The notes under the pieces are model-generated. The model did not search any database and was not told the origin of the DNA. It saw only the letters and a list, made by a program, of their open reading frames with translations. Of a stretch of 64,000 bases of DNA, positions 24,321 to 37,090 are shown piece by piece; position 1 is the stretch's first letter; the number at the start of each line of letters is the position of its first letter. Position numbers and translations under genes: made by a program. Source of the stretch: Glaucostegus cemiculus (Eukaryota); assembly GCA_976551045.1 (NCBI GenBank), contig CDPCPM010000107.1, forward strand, positions 4,898,001 to 4,962,000, given 5' to 3'.

Positions 24321-25194
24321 TTTAAGTTGACTTTTTTCAGAGGTGTGCAGACCCACTCAAAGAATAAGAGGAATTTAACATTTTTTGGGCATATTCTTGA
24401 TGAAATCAGTATGTGGGACTGCTCCCACATGAATGTGGAGACCACAGCATTTAGTTAAAAGGTGCTGCTTCTACAAATGACCAGATGATGCAGATGGTAT
24501 CTGTACATTGAGCAATTAGACTAATCAATGTGCCATAGGTTTAGAAATTGATACTTGCTGTTCACTGAAAGACTACATACATAATCAAAATAATGAATTT
24601 TGTGCAGTATGCTTTTCAGAGAGGCGAATGACTAAAAGTCAGTGAGTATGACAAAGTTACCCCTAACACAGCATTGGCCTTGTACCACCTGGGTTCATTT
24701 TAACTAACTCAACTGCATAAGCCCAATTTCTTTTTATATATACAAAGCATTTTTAGCTAAGGGGAGTTCTGTAACCTAGCATCCAGATCTGTGTCAGTTG
24801 AGCAGTTGGTATCAGATATCAGTTTCCAAATCGATGACATATTGATTAGCCTTATCACGCAATGTGTAGATACAATCAACACCATCAGGTTATTTGTAAA
24901 GACAGCACTTTTGAAACAAATACTGAGCTGTTTGGTAGCCCTCTCATTCATAGAGGGAGCAGTGCACATGTTTATTTCATGAATTGTTCCTCTGAAGCAA
25001 CTGCATCCTAATCTCACTCTTTACGACTTGACCTATACTTCTCGGTTACAGGCAGTCTAATGAGTAGCTTTATTTGTGAAGTAGAAAATGAATACAGGAA
25101 GAGATCTACGGTTTGACAACATCCATCACTTTCTATAGATATTGATCAGGTGGATTTTGGTTTGGGTTGAGCAGTTTGATTCATAGGCTGAAAA

Positions 25195-25320
25195 TTGAAA
25201 AAAAAAATGCAGATGCTGGAAACCTGAAATAAAAACAGAAAACAGGCAGTATCTGTGGAAAGAGAAACAGTTAATGCTTCAGGTTAAAGATCTGAGTGGT
25301 TCCAGCATTTTCTATTTCAA
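25195..25320. mobile_element. Fold-back Penelope pLTR remnant
   Basis: 'tgaaataaaaacagaaaa' with the inverted 'tccagcattttctatttca'. Confidence 0.55.
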
Positions 25321-26189
25321 TCCAAAGGTGAAATTGTTATATGAGTATAAGGAGCATGAACCCTTTCCCAGAGCTTCTATATTCTTGTGAAAATAGTAAT
25401 AACAAACAAAATCTTAAAATATTTGTTTTAAGATTCTAACCTCTTTCAGTTTTAGATCCTTGGACATTGGACCCTCTCTTGAAATTCATCTCAAGCACAC
25501 TATTAATATTGCTTGGGTGAATTTCCCACATTATATCCCTAGAACTCTAATCTACTATGCCTTTCACCTGGGAATATGGAAACAGACTGTCAAAGCAGAA
25601 ATGAAGTTGATGTACTTTATTTGGATGTAAACACAAGACACTTAATTATGAAAGCAGAAAGTGCAAGAGTATTCTGTGGTGCAGATTCTTGTCCTTTATC
25701 TCTGAACCCTGAACTTGAACAGAAAATCCTTTACAAAAAATAAAAATCAGGAAAGATGTGGGATACAATGCAACATAAGCATAATCTATTTTACACTGTT
25801 GTATGAAGTTAATTCATATACCCTGGTCTTGCATCCCAAGGCCAAGGTTTACTTTGGTTTAAATGCAAAATGGTTAATTCTGAGTTTAAAGCCAGGTCTA
25901 ATTTGATTTTTAAGTATTGTTAGGAAACACTTCTACATATAAAGGGTCTGGGTCAATTGTTCATTTTAAATCTGAGATCTTTTGTTAATCAAGGACTTTA
26001 AGGGATTTAGAGTTAAGTTAGAGGTAGCCATGATCTCCTTGAAAGGCAGGAAAGGCTCTTGTTCAGATGCTTCTTGTTCACAGTCATTTGAGCAATATGA
26101 TTCAGAACTCAGAAGATTATTTAATAAGTTCTTTTTAATCAATATGACAAAAGTTTTATGGGAATGCATCAACAATTTCTTCACTAATG

Positions 26190-26490
26190 TAAACAGAAAA
26201 TGCAAGGAAAGCTCAGCAGGTCAGTCAGCATCTGTGGAAAGAGAAAGTTAGCATTTCAGCTCTGAAACCCTTTATCAGAACTGGGAAAGAAATAGTCTAG
26301 GAAGTTAGAGAAACAAGTTAGGGAAACGATTTATTTCTCTCTTTCCCAGTTCTGAGGAAAGTCTCTCAGATCTGAAATGTTAACTGTTTCTCTCTCGACA
26401 GATGCTGCCTGACCTGCTGAGAGTTTCCAGCATTTTCTGTTTTTATTTCAGATCTCCAGCACCTGCAGTATTTTATTTTATTTTTTTGCT
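26190..26490. mobile_element. Inverted pair of Penelope pLTR fragments, each with a hammerhead motif
   Basis: 26190-26290 (minus) mirrors 26340-26450 (plus). The plus copy reads CAGTT-CTGAGGA...GAAA-TGTT-AACTG at 26347-26386. Confidence 0.75.
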
Positions 26491-26719
26491 AACAATTTCT
26501 TCAGTGACTCGTTGCCCATGGAGGGCGAATACCAGGGGAAGGAATGAAGCTACTGGTGACAGCTATGGAGTTGTACTTCAACTATGAGACATTGCTGTCT
26601 GGAGATTTTACAAATAAAAGATATATATTTGAAACCTTTCATAATTGTAAATGGTGGTATATACTTGTGCATTTTGTTATTTGATTTTGAAATATCCAGA
26701 GGGAGTGAAGGCCCTGGTC

Positions 26720-27130
26720 TTGTACTCAATGGAGTTCAGAAGAATGGGGGGGGGGGGAGTCTCATTGAGACCTACTGGACACTGGAAGGCCTGGAGGACA
26801 TGGAAAGGAGGTTTCCATTAGTGAGAGAGTCTAGGATCTGAGGGCACAGCCTCAGAATAAAGGGGCATCCTTTTAGAACTGAAATGAAGAGGAATTTCTT
26901 CAGCCAGAGGATGGTGAACCTTTGGAATTCGTTGCCCTGGAGGGCTGTGGAGGCTAAGTCATTGGGCATATTTAAGGCCGAGATTGATAGGTTCTTGACT
27001 GGCAAGGGAGTTAAGGGTTACAGGGAGAAGATGAGAGAATGGTGTTGAGAAGAAGAGAATCAGCTATGGTTGAATGGTGGAACATACTCGATGGGTCAAG
27101 TGGCCTAATTCTGCTCCTATCTCTTCTGAT
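26720..27130 (+). mobile_element. CR1 3' fragment
   Basis: 'gaaatgaagaggaatttcttcagccagaggatggtgaacctttgg' encodes EMKRNFFSQRMVNLW; 3' hairpin 'tggcctaattctgctcctat'. Confidence 0.88.
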
Positions 27131-27902
27131 CTGTAGTATCATGTGGCTAATCAGTTGTAACTTGGAGAGAAATATTCTCTGACAGACTCCCTTCTTCAGT
27201 GGAATTCTTCTAGATTGTGAATGTTGCTCTGGGGGAGAAAGTGGTCACTTCTCTCAAAATCGGGATGCACAGGTGTGGAATAACATGATGGGTTGTAATT
27301 GGCAAGCTGTGCCATGATTTTGAGGCAATACTCATTTGAAGATTAAAAGGATCAGTGCAGGATTCTGGAAGCCTTGGGAGGCAGTAGAGTAAACACTCAT
27401 TATGTTTAGGTGCAGGTAGGTGCATGATCTTAATATAAGGCAAGTTTCTCTGCTGCTACTTAATACGTGCGAAGGAGTGGGACTTACATGAGTTTGTTCC
27501 ATCTTACCCTAAACCTTAAATTTTGTGATGGAGCTAATCCAGAATTTACAGAGTCAGGTGTAATTATTGCAGGTTTCAAAATACAACATGCTGTGACTCA
27601 ACTCCTTTTCAAAGTAAATCCTTCAATCCCTTTTATGTGTTGATGACATAAATGATAATCTTGCCTTCATCGAAAGAGTCACAGCCTAAACGTGCTTATT
27701 AACAACATCTGCACAAGCTTGATGAGGAGGTTCTGCTGCAGGTGGTAGATTTTAAGGCTGATATCTGCCTCACATCATCCAGAGTCAGGTTCTATTGCAG
27801 CCTCTTGGCCTTGCTTTGGCCAAGAAAATGGAACCAAGTGCACGTGTTCCAACACGTCATTCAAGAAGTCAATTCATCAGCATCCTGGCGCCAATTTAAA
27901 TC

Positions 27903-28190
27903 TGAGACACAAGAGAGATTGCAAGTGTTGGCAATCTGGAGCAACACACACTAAATGCTGGAGGAACTCAGCAGGTCAAGCAGCATCTATAGTGGGAGGT
28001 GAACAGTCGACATTTTGCGCCAAGACCCTTCATCAGGACTGGAAAGGAAGAGGGCAGACGCCAGAATAAAAGAGTAAGGAGAGAGGGAGGAGCACGAGCT
28101 GGCAGGTGAGTCCAGGTGAGGGGGGGAAGGTAGGTAGATGGGGGAGGGGGGGCATGAAAAGGAATGATGTGAAAAGGTGAGAGAATGATA
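27903..28190 (-). mobile_element. Penelope pLTR fragment
   Basis: Similar to 8667-8900. Hammerhead reads CAGTC-CTGATGA...AAAA-TGTC-GACTG with GAAA decayed. Confidence 0.8.
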
Positions 28191-29129
28191 TGTCTTGTGC
28201 CAATTAAAATCTTTTAACCTTAACAAAAAACCTGGCAGGGCCATCAACAGGTTGCCAATTTTAAAAATAAGGTTCAACATTAAGCTGAAGAAACTCCTGC
28301 ATGACCCATTCATCATGGAGCTGTTTCAACTCTTGCTTTGCATGAGCAGCAGTGCCGTGGGGTGGTTGTCTGGTACTGATTACCAGAATGGGAAGTGCCC
28401 TTAGCTCAGATCCTGCTGAATTGTATTGTCAGTAAGGCATTCAGTGCAAACCCAAAATGCAAGAAACTGGATCACAAAGTTCAGTGTGATATCTGCACCA
28501 ATTCTGGTCCTTAACACAGCTTGAGTTATCAGTTCACAAGTAGCAGCCACCTTCCTGTAACTTGTTCCAAGTGGCTACTCTTTGCAAAGTTAGCGAGTGT
28601 TACCAAAAGCATCGGATTTGAGGCCTAAATTTTGTTCTTTTATAACGTTCACACAGGCCTACTGACTAACGTGTTACTGGTTAGGAATCACCAGTGGTTT
28701 AACTTCACCTCCTTAATCCTCCCTTGCCCAGGGCGCTTGAGATTAATTGCAGGAGCTTTAGTATCTATCTTACCATTTATCATCGGTGTCAAAACTACAC
28801 AGGCGTGGTGGAAAATGTTAGCATGTGACCAGCTGCCATGCAAATGTTTGCTAAATGTCCATTTCTTTGTTTGGCAAGAAAAGCAACAAATCTAACTCAT
28901 GTCTGAATGAGGCAGACTTCAAATGATACCTGTCGATACACATTTCAAGCAGTAGACTTGAAAGACGGTCAATTCTCAGTCAAAGTACCACCATCTGGCT
29001 AACTAGTTTCTGTAAAGCATATGTGCATTATAAATGTATCCTCATTACAACTCTGTTCATGAAAAACATAGGACTTCAGCATTGGGAATGAATAGCATGC
29101 AGAAATGAGACTGGATCCACTTCAGTATT

Positions 29130-29410
29130 CTCATAGAGTCATACAGCATGGAAGCAGGCCCCTTGGCCCACTGAGTCCATGCCTACCATCAAGCACCCAT
29201 TTACACCCATTCCACACTAATTTAATTTTATTCTCCACTCATCACCATCAACTCCTCCCAGATTCTGCCTCCCACCTATAAACTAGGGAACAATTTGCAA
29301 TGGCAAATAACTTAACAACCCACATGGCTTCAGGCTGTGGGATGAAGCGGGAGCACCCGGTTGAAATGCATGAAGCGACAGGAAGAACATGCAATCTCCA
29401 CTCCTCTGCA
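29130..29410 (-). mobile_element. HE1-like V-SINE fragment
   Basis: 'catagagtcatacagcatggaagcaggccc' CR1-type tail; degenerate V-domain. Confidence 0.7.
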
Positions 29411-29810
29411 GAGGTATTCCAATAGCACTGTTGGGTGTGGAGGCAATAGTGATGAAAAACTAGAGATATATTTCCAAGTCAAGATGGTGTGCAACTTTGA
29501 GGGGAATTTGCATATGGTGGTGCATTCATGCACTTGATGCCTTTGTCCTCCTTGGAATTAGAGGTTGCAGGTTTGGGAGATGTGGTTGGTATAGCCTGGG
29601 CAAGTAACTGCAGTGCATTTTGTTAATGATGCATACTGTGGCCACTGTTCACTGGCAGTAGAGGGGATGAATATTTTAGGCACTGAATGGGGTAATGGTC
29701 AAGTTTCTGGTTTTCCCGGATAATGTCAAGTTCATTGAGTTATTGCCGCTGTACTCATCCAGGTAAGTGGAGAGAACACCAAAACAATTCTAATATATGC
29801 CTCATATATG
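29410..29810 (-). mobile_element. Degenerate CR1/L2-group LINE fragment
   Basis: Reverse complement resembles 58410-58530 ('ccatcttgacttggaaatatat' versus 'ccatcctgagttggatatgtat'). Confidence 0.5.
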
Positions 29811-29819
29811 GGGGTAAGA

Positions 29820-31500
29820 AATTGTCATGAAAGTCATTATAGCAGGACATGTATAAAAATTCAATGTAATCAGGCAACATGTTTTTGTGAAAAGGATATC
29901 ATGTTTAACCAATTTGTTGTCAGGATGTTGCCAGGACTTGAGGGACTGAGTTAGAGAGAGATGTTTGAGCAGGCTAGGGCTTTATCTATTGGACAGTAGG
30001 AGAATAAAGGGTGATCTTATGGAGGAGTATAAAATCATGAGGGCATAGATGAGGTCAAGGCACACAGTCTTTTTCCTAGTCTTTGGGGAAATCAAGAACG
30101 AAAGGACATAGGTTTAAGGTGAAAAGGGAGAGCTATAATAGGAACCTGAGAGGAAACTTTTTTAACCCAGAGGGTAGTCCCTATATGAAACAAGCTGCCA
30201 GAGGATGTGGTTGAGTTGGGTACAATAACAACATTTAAAAGGCACTTGGACAGGTACGTGGATAGGAAAGGTTTAGAGGGATATGGGCCAAACAGGCAAA
30301 TGGGACTAGATGAGATGAGATTCTTGGTTGGGATGGACCAGTTGGGACAAAAGGCCTGTTTCCCTGCTGTACGACTCTAATTTATTTGAAGAATAACATG
30401 CACTGTTGCTTTAAGGTGAACTTATGATTTACCAATACTTTTCCTAAAGACTTTAAAGCTTATAGTGTGTGAGGAATCATATTAGTGTTGACAGAAAATC
30501 AGCTAGCTAACAGGAATCGGAGAGTAATATAAATGTATCTTTTACTGGCTGGCAAGCATCAACAAATGATGTGCCTCAGGAGTTGGTGCTGGGCTCTCAA
30601 CTTTTTACTAATGATTTGGATAAAGGCACCAAAGTACAGTTACTAAATTCTATGAGTATATAAAGATAGCTAGGAAACTAGTTAGTGAAGAGGACATAAG
30701 GAGGCTACAAGAGTCAGTAGATGGGTTAAGTGAGTAGGCAAAGGTCTGGCAAATGGAGTATACTGTGGAAAAATGTAAAATTGTCCAATTTGCTGGGAAA
30801 AATAAAGAAACATATAAAATACTTGGTGAAGTTGCAGAGCCCTGAGATGCAAAGGGATCTGGGTGATTTACAAAAGGCTATTATACATGTACAACAAGTA
30901 ATTGGGAAAGCTAACATTATTGTTTGTTGCTAGGAGAATTGAATACAAAAGTAGGGAGATTAGGCTCATACAGGGGACTGCCACGAACACACCTGGACTA
31001 TTGTGTACTGTAGGGTCTTCTAATTTAATGAAGAATGGTAATGCTTTGGAGGCAATTCATAGATGTTTTATCATGACTTATAAGGCTGGACAGGCTAGGC
31101 TTTTATCTGCTGGAGTTTAGAAGAGTTTCAGGTGACTTAATTGAAACATGCAAGACCCTGATGGATCCTCGCAGGGTGGGTGTCGTGGAATCTAGAACTA
31201 GTTTCTTCCTGTAGTGGAATCTAGAATTAATTACTACTGTGTAAATATTAGGGATCATCTATTTAAGGCAGAGACGAGGTGAATTTTTTTTCTCAGAGAT
31301 GCATTTCTGGAACTCCCTTCCTCAAGACCAATAGAAGTAAAGTCTTTAAATAATATGAAGGCAGAATTATATGCGTGATAATCAGGAGTTTGAAAAGTCA
31401 ACACATGTATATGGGAATGTGAAATTGAGATTACCGTTGGATTAGCCGTGACCTTGCAGTGCAGGCTTGGGAGACTTGCTCTTATTAGTATCTTCCTTTC
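29820..31500 (+). mobile_element. Old CR1 RT region with a nested younger CR1 (about 29916-30378)
   Basis: Degenerate SCLTNL / VPQELVLG / WQMEY motifs continue across the nested copy; 'aattt' on both sides of the insert. Confidence 0.75.
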
Positions 31501-31519
31501 TTTGAATTTGTAAGTGAAC

Positions 31520-33066
31520 CATAGAACAATACAGCACAAAACAGGCCCTTCGGCCCACCAAGTTGTGCCGTCCTTCAAACGTCACACAATCTAACTCTTT
31601 CCTCCCACATATCCTACTACTCCACATTCTTCCATGTGCCTATCTAACAATCTCTTGAACCTGTCCAACATATCTACCTCTACTACCACCCCAGGCAGTG
31701 CATTCCATGCGCCAACCACTCTCTGGGTGAAAAACTTCCCTCTGACATCTCCCCTGAACTTTCCACCCAATATCTTAAAGCCATGCCCTCTCGTCTTGAG
31801 CATCTGTACTCTGGGAAAGAGGTGCTGGCTGTCAACTCTATCTATTCCTCTCAATATCTTATACACCTCTATCAAGTCCCCTCTCATCCTCCTCCTCTCC
31901 AACGAGTAGAGCCCTAGCACCTTAAGCCTCTCCTCATATTCCATACCCTCTAATCCAGGCATCATCCCGGTAAATCGCCTCTGTACCCTCTCCAACACTT
32001 CCACATCCTTCCTATAATGCGGCGACCAGACTGAACACAATATTCTAAGTGCGGTCTAACTAGAGTTTTGTAAAGAGGCATCATCACGTCTCAGCTCTTG
32101 AACTCAATCCCACGATTTATAAAAGCTAACGTCCCATAAGCCCTCTTAACTGCCCTATCCACCTGTGAGGCAACTTTGAGTGAACTGTGGATATGAACCC
32201 CCAGATCCCTCTGCTCTTCCACACTGCCAAGTACCTTGCCATCTACCTCATACTCTGCCCTGGAGTTCGTCCTACCAAGGTGCACCACCTCACACTTCTC
32301 CGGATTAAACTCCATCTGCCACCTGTCTGCCCAGCTCTGCATCCTGTCAATATCCCTCTGTAAGCTCCAACAGTCCTCCACACTATCCACCACACCGCCA
32401 ATCTTGGTGTCATCCGCAAACTTACCAACCCATCCTTCCACTCCTTCATTAAGTCATCTATAAATATAACAAAGAGAAGAGGTCCCAGAACCAATCCCTG
32501 CGGGACACCACTAGTCACAACCCTCCAATCCGAGGGCACTCCCTCCACCACAACCCTCTGCTTTCTACAGGCAAGCCAATTCCTGAGCCACACAGCCAAT
32601 CTCCCCTGGATACCTTGACCTCTGACCTTCTGAAGAAGCCTACCATGAGGAACCTTATCAAACGCCTTACTAAAATCCATATAGACCACATCCACCGCAC
32701 TGCCCTCATCAATCTTCCTCGTCACCTCCTCAAAGAATTCTGTCAGGCTCGTGAGGCAAGATCTTCCCTTCACAAAGCCATGCTGACTGTCACTAATCAG
32801 TCCATGATTCTCAAGGTGTTCATAGATCCTATCCCTCAGAATCCTTTCTAACAGCTTACCCACCACAGACATGAGACTCACCAGTCTGTAATTTCCCAGA
32901 CTATCCACCAGTCTGTAATTTCCCGGACTATCCCTACTACCTTTCTTAAACAAGGGAACAACATCCGCTACCTGCCAATCCTCCGGCACCATCCCCGTGG
33001 ACAACGAGGACTCAAATTCCTCACCAGCAGATCAACAATCTCCTCCCTCGCCTCTCAAAGCAGCCT
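31520..33066 (-). mobile_element. 5'-truncated CR1 LINE (RT region; frameshifts and stop)
   Basis: ORFs 32243-33004, 32091-32441 and 31591-32040 carry [29 protein letters not shown]; 3' end 'catagaacaatacagcac'. Confidence 0.93.
32881..32933. repeat. 27-bp tandem duplication inside CR1 ORF2
   Basis: ccagtctgtaatttccc(a/g)gactatcc twice, giving [18 protein letters not shown]. Confidence 0.9.
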
Positions 33067-33575
33067 GGACCCTTCTTTAGGACTGAAGATAGGAAAAGGG
33101 GAAGCCCAATATATAGGAGGGAAAAGCAGAGTAGTGATAGGTGGACAAGAGAGGGGAGGAGGGGTGGGCACAGGGTGGTGATAGGTAGATGCAGGAAAGA
33201 GATAGTTGTAGGCAGGTGCAGGGGAGGAAGGGAGAGCAGATCCACGGGGGGATGGGTCAAAGGTAAGGTGGAATAAAGGGCAGAAAAAAGAAACATTGGC
33301 TGGGAAAGGGAAGAAAAGGCATGGTTGGGGTGGGGTGGGGGGGGGGTGATGGTTAAGGAGATTACTTAAAGTGAGAGAATTCAATGTTCATGCTGTTAGG
33401 TTGCAAGGTTCCAAGATGGAAAATGAGGTGTTGATCCTCCAGTTTGCATTTGGACTTCTCCTGGCAATGAAGGAGGTCGAGGACTGACATCTCTGTGATG
33501 GAGAGGGAGGGGGAGGTGAAGTGACCAGCAACGAGGAGATGCAGATTGCAGTTACGGATGGAGTGCGGGTGTTCT
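33067..33575 (-). mobile_element. Penelope-like 3' end (GIY-YIG C-terminus plus pLTR)
   Basis: Minus strand reads ...MSVLDLLHCQEKSKCKLEDQHLIFHLGTLQPNSMNIEFSHFK*; the pLTR matches the 13947 and 43915 copies. Confidence 0.85.
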
Positions 33576-33689
33576 GTAAAGACTCAAGCGCAGTGTCTGA
33601 ATTCCTGCACTCTGGGCAAGCCTTCAATGCAGACAATACAGACGCACTCTACTTTAGCGAGCTGAAGGGAAGGTAGGTGAAGGCCTGAA

Positions 33690-33815
33690 AAGCAAAAAAT
33701 AAAATTGCAGATGCTGCAAATCTGAAATATAAAGGGAAAATGCTGCAGATCAGGCAATGTCTCTGGAGAGAGAAACAGAGTTGATGTGTCAGGTAAATGC
33801 CCTTTTATCGGAACC
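33690..33815 (-). mobile_element. Penelope pLTR fragment
   Basis: 'tgcagatgctgcaaatctgaaat...gagagaaacagagtt' block. Confidence 0.6.
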
Positions 33816-34347
33816 CTTTGAGGATGGTTTTTGGGAGACCTCCCTAATGTAGCAGTGAGATGTGGCAGAGATCAGCAGTGGCAGCAGTAGATCCCGACAC
33901 TAGGAAGCTAATAGTGACCAGGACTTTGATCTCCATGAGCAATGTAGTCAAAGCACATATGCAAGACCGTATTTGAAGTTATAGCAGGTCACGCCTCTTT
34001 GTGAGAACAACAAGTAACGTTTAAGTGCTTGCTCTTTAAATAGATCCCAGGGGAAATTGGTTTAATAAAATCTAGTGGGTTTCACCTGACTAGTGTAGTT
34101 GAAAGTCTCACTGGAGGAGAATTTTGTGTGTTACACTACTGTTGTCTTCATTTACAGAGAGTTCTACAGCAGAAAACTGTGCCCACTGAGACACTAAGAC
34201 ACCAAGGAATGTTTGCAGGATTTGTTAAGCCACCTTTCAAAAGCACAATGTTGTCTTTTCCTGAACTGAGTGAATGAATTTCTCACCTTGCCCTTATTTG
34301 AAATAGTCCAAAGGATCTTTTTTTACAATTTCCTGAGAGACCATTGG

Positions 34348-34595
34348 TTTTATTTATTTATTTTACAGCTTGGTAACAGGCCCTTTCGGCCCAACGAGTC
34401 CGCGCCGCCCATTTTAAACCCCCAAATTAACCTATCCGTGCATCTTTAGAACGTGGGAGGAAACCGGAGCACCCGGAGGAAACCCACGCAGACACGGGAG
34501 AACGTACAAACTCCTTACAGTCAGCAACGGGAATCGAACCCCGATCGCTGGTGCTGTAACAGCGTTGCGTTAACCGCTATACTATCGTGCCCGGC
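34348..34595 (-). mobile_element. Young HE1-like V-SINE (CR1-type tail)
   Basis: B box ggttcgattcc, V-domain, tail 'gggccgaaagggcctgttacc'; near-identical to 45755-45990. Confidence 0.92.
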
Positions 34596-35019
34596 ATACT
34601 CTGTGTGCTGGTCTCTGGGGTGGGACTTGAACTTGGAAACTTCTAAGAGCAATCCCTTAATGATATCACTGAAAGTATAACAGGTTATCTGGGCTTGCCA
34701 CAGTTACTGTAAGTTGCCATTGCATCTGCTTCATTAGAACAGTGTGAAACCTTCAACAAAGTATTTCACTACACCCTGAATTTGTTAAAACATGAAAGCT
34801 GTATAATCACAAGTCAATCGTTAGTAAAACAATGACACTTCAAAAATTCTGTAGTTTCTAAAAAGTGATCTGGAACATTTAAGCTTACATAAATTAGTCA
34901 ATCTTCCAAGTCAGCGGAAGTCAGTATGTATCTTGCTGGCCACAGTGCATTGTGGAACATATTTTGATGCATCACAGATTTGATTTCACAAGAATTGCAG
35001 TTTAATTAAGCAATGGGGA

Positions 35020-35980
35020 CATAGAACATAGAATATAGAACAGTACAGCACAGTACAGGCCCTTTGGCCCACAATGTTGTGCCGACCTTTAAACCTCACC
35101 TAAGACTATTTAACCCCTTTCTTCCACATATCCCTCTATTTTAAATTCCTACATATGCTTACCTGGTAATCTCTTGAATTTGACCAATGTACCTGCCTCC
35201 ACCACTGCCCCAGGCAGCGTAATCCATGCCCCAACCACTCTCTGGGTAAAAAAATCCTTCCTCTGATATCTCCCTTGAACTTCCCATGCCCTCTTGTATT
35301 GAACATTGGTGCCCTGGGAAAGAGGCGCTGGCTGTCCACTCGATCTATTCGTCTTAATATTTTGTACACCTCTATCACGTCTCCTCTCATCCTCCTTCTC
35401 TCCAAAGAGTAAAGCCGTAGCTCCTTTAGTCTCTCTTAACAATGCATACTCTCTAAACCAGGCGGCATCCTGGTAAATCTCCTCTGCACCCTTTCCAGCA
35501 CTTCCACATCCTTCCTATAATAAGTCAACCAGAAATGGACACAGTACTCCAAGTGTGGTTTAACCAGAGTTTTATAGAGCTGCATCATTACCTCACAGCT
35601 CTTAAACTTAACCCTTCGAGTTATGAAAGCTAACACCCCATAAGCTTTCTTAACTACCCTATCCACCTGTGAGGCAACTTTCAGGCATCTGTGGATATGG
35701 ACCCCCAGATCCTTCTGCTCCTCCACACTACCAAGAATCCTGCCATTTACCTTGTACGCTGCCTTGGAGTTTGTCCTTCCAAAGTGTACCACCTCACATT
35801 TCTCCAGATTGAACTACATCTGCCACTTCTCAGTCCAGCTCTGCATCCTATCAATGTCCCTCTGCAATCTTTGACAATCTTCTACACTATCCACAACACC
35901 ACCAAACTTTGCATCATCTGCAAACTTGCCAACCCACCCTTCTACCCCCTCATCCAAGTCATTAATAAAAATCACGAACA
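35020..35980 (-). mobile_element. 5'-truncated CR1 LINE
   Basis: ORFs 35814-36005 (FADD), 35436-35792 and 35136-35405; (catagaa)n 3' repeat. Confidence 0.92.
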
Positions 35981-36289
35981 TAGTGTAAAATTCACAGCAT
36001 CCCATACTAATGCTGGAAACTTAATTTGCCTTTGGGCAAATTAAGTTCAGGTTTCAGTATTTCTGAATTAAAATTATAACTTTTATCTCCTTGAAACTGA
36101 TTTTTTGTTTCTTAAGTACTTTTTGTATCCAGAGCTGGCAGCAAAAATAATAACATTCATGAATATTATTTGTATTTGGTGGAGGAGACTAATTTAATCC
36201 AGCAGCATATATTTGAAAGGGCTAAAACTATCTCCGCTTTCTCTGCGATGTCCTCCAGCCCTGGAACCCTCCGAGATTCTTGTGTGGCC

Positions 36290-36640
36290 TTTATAAAATT
36301 ATGAGGGGCGTAGAATAGCCAGTCTTTTTCACAGGGTAAGGGAGCCCAAAGCTAGAGAGCATTTGTTTCAAGTGAGAGGGAAAAGATTTAAGAGGGACCT
36401 GAGGAGCAACTTTTTCACACAGAAAGTAGTGGGCATATGGAGCGAGCTACCAGAGGAAGTGGTAGAGGCAGGTACAATTACAACTTTAAAAAGACATTTG
36501 GATGGGTACTTGGATAGGAAAGGTTTAGAGGGATATGGGCCAAACATAAGCAAATAGAACCAGTTAGGCAACTTGATCGACATGGATGAGTTGGCCCAAA
36601 GAGCCTGTTTCTGTATTGTATAACTCCATGACTCTATGTC
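36290..36640 (+). mobile_element. CR1 3' fragment
   Basis: ORF 36363-36557: RGKRFKRDLRSNFFTQKVVGIWSELP. Confidence 0.88.
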
Positions 36641-36804
36641 CTAATTATGTGGCTCAGAGTTAAATTATTCTTCTGATGACACCCCTGTGCCGCTCCTTGG
36701 GATGGTTCACCATTTTAAACATGCTGTATAAATGTAAATTGTTGTAAACGCTCTGGGCAGTGAACGAGCATTACTTACTTTGGATTAGATCAAGTCAGAT
36801 ATTT

Positions 36805-37090
36805 GTAAGATATTTATTTATTAGTCACATGTACATTGAAACACACAGTGAAGTGCATCCTGCTGTGTTACTGAGAATGTGCTGGGGGCAGCCCACAAGT
36901 GTTGCCACTCTTCCAGCGCCGACACAGCATGCCCACAACTTCCTAACTCATATGTCTTTGGAATGTGGGTGGAAACCGGAGCACCCAGAGGAAACGGGGA
37001 GAATGTATAAACTCCTTACAGACAGCAGTGGGAATTGAACCCAGGTTGCTGGTGTTTTAATAGCGTTATACTAACCGCTACACTACCCTG
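36805..37090 (-). mobile_element. V-SINE, Rex1-like-tail subfamily
   Basis: Same head, V-domain and tail as 9785-10060. Confidence 0.85.

Noticed and set aside
23810-24445. 211-aa minus-strand ORF
   Set aside because: Runs through a Rex1 3' UTR and has no coherent protein features.
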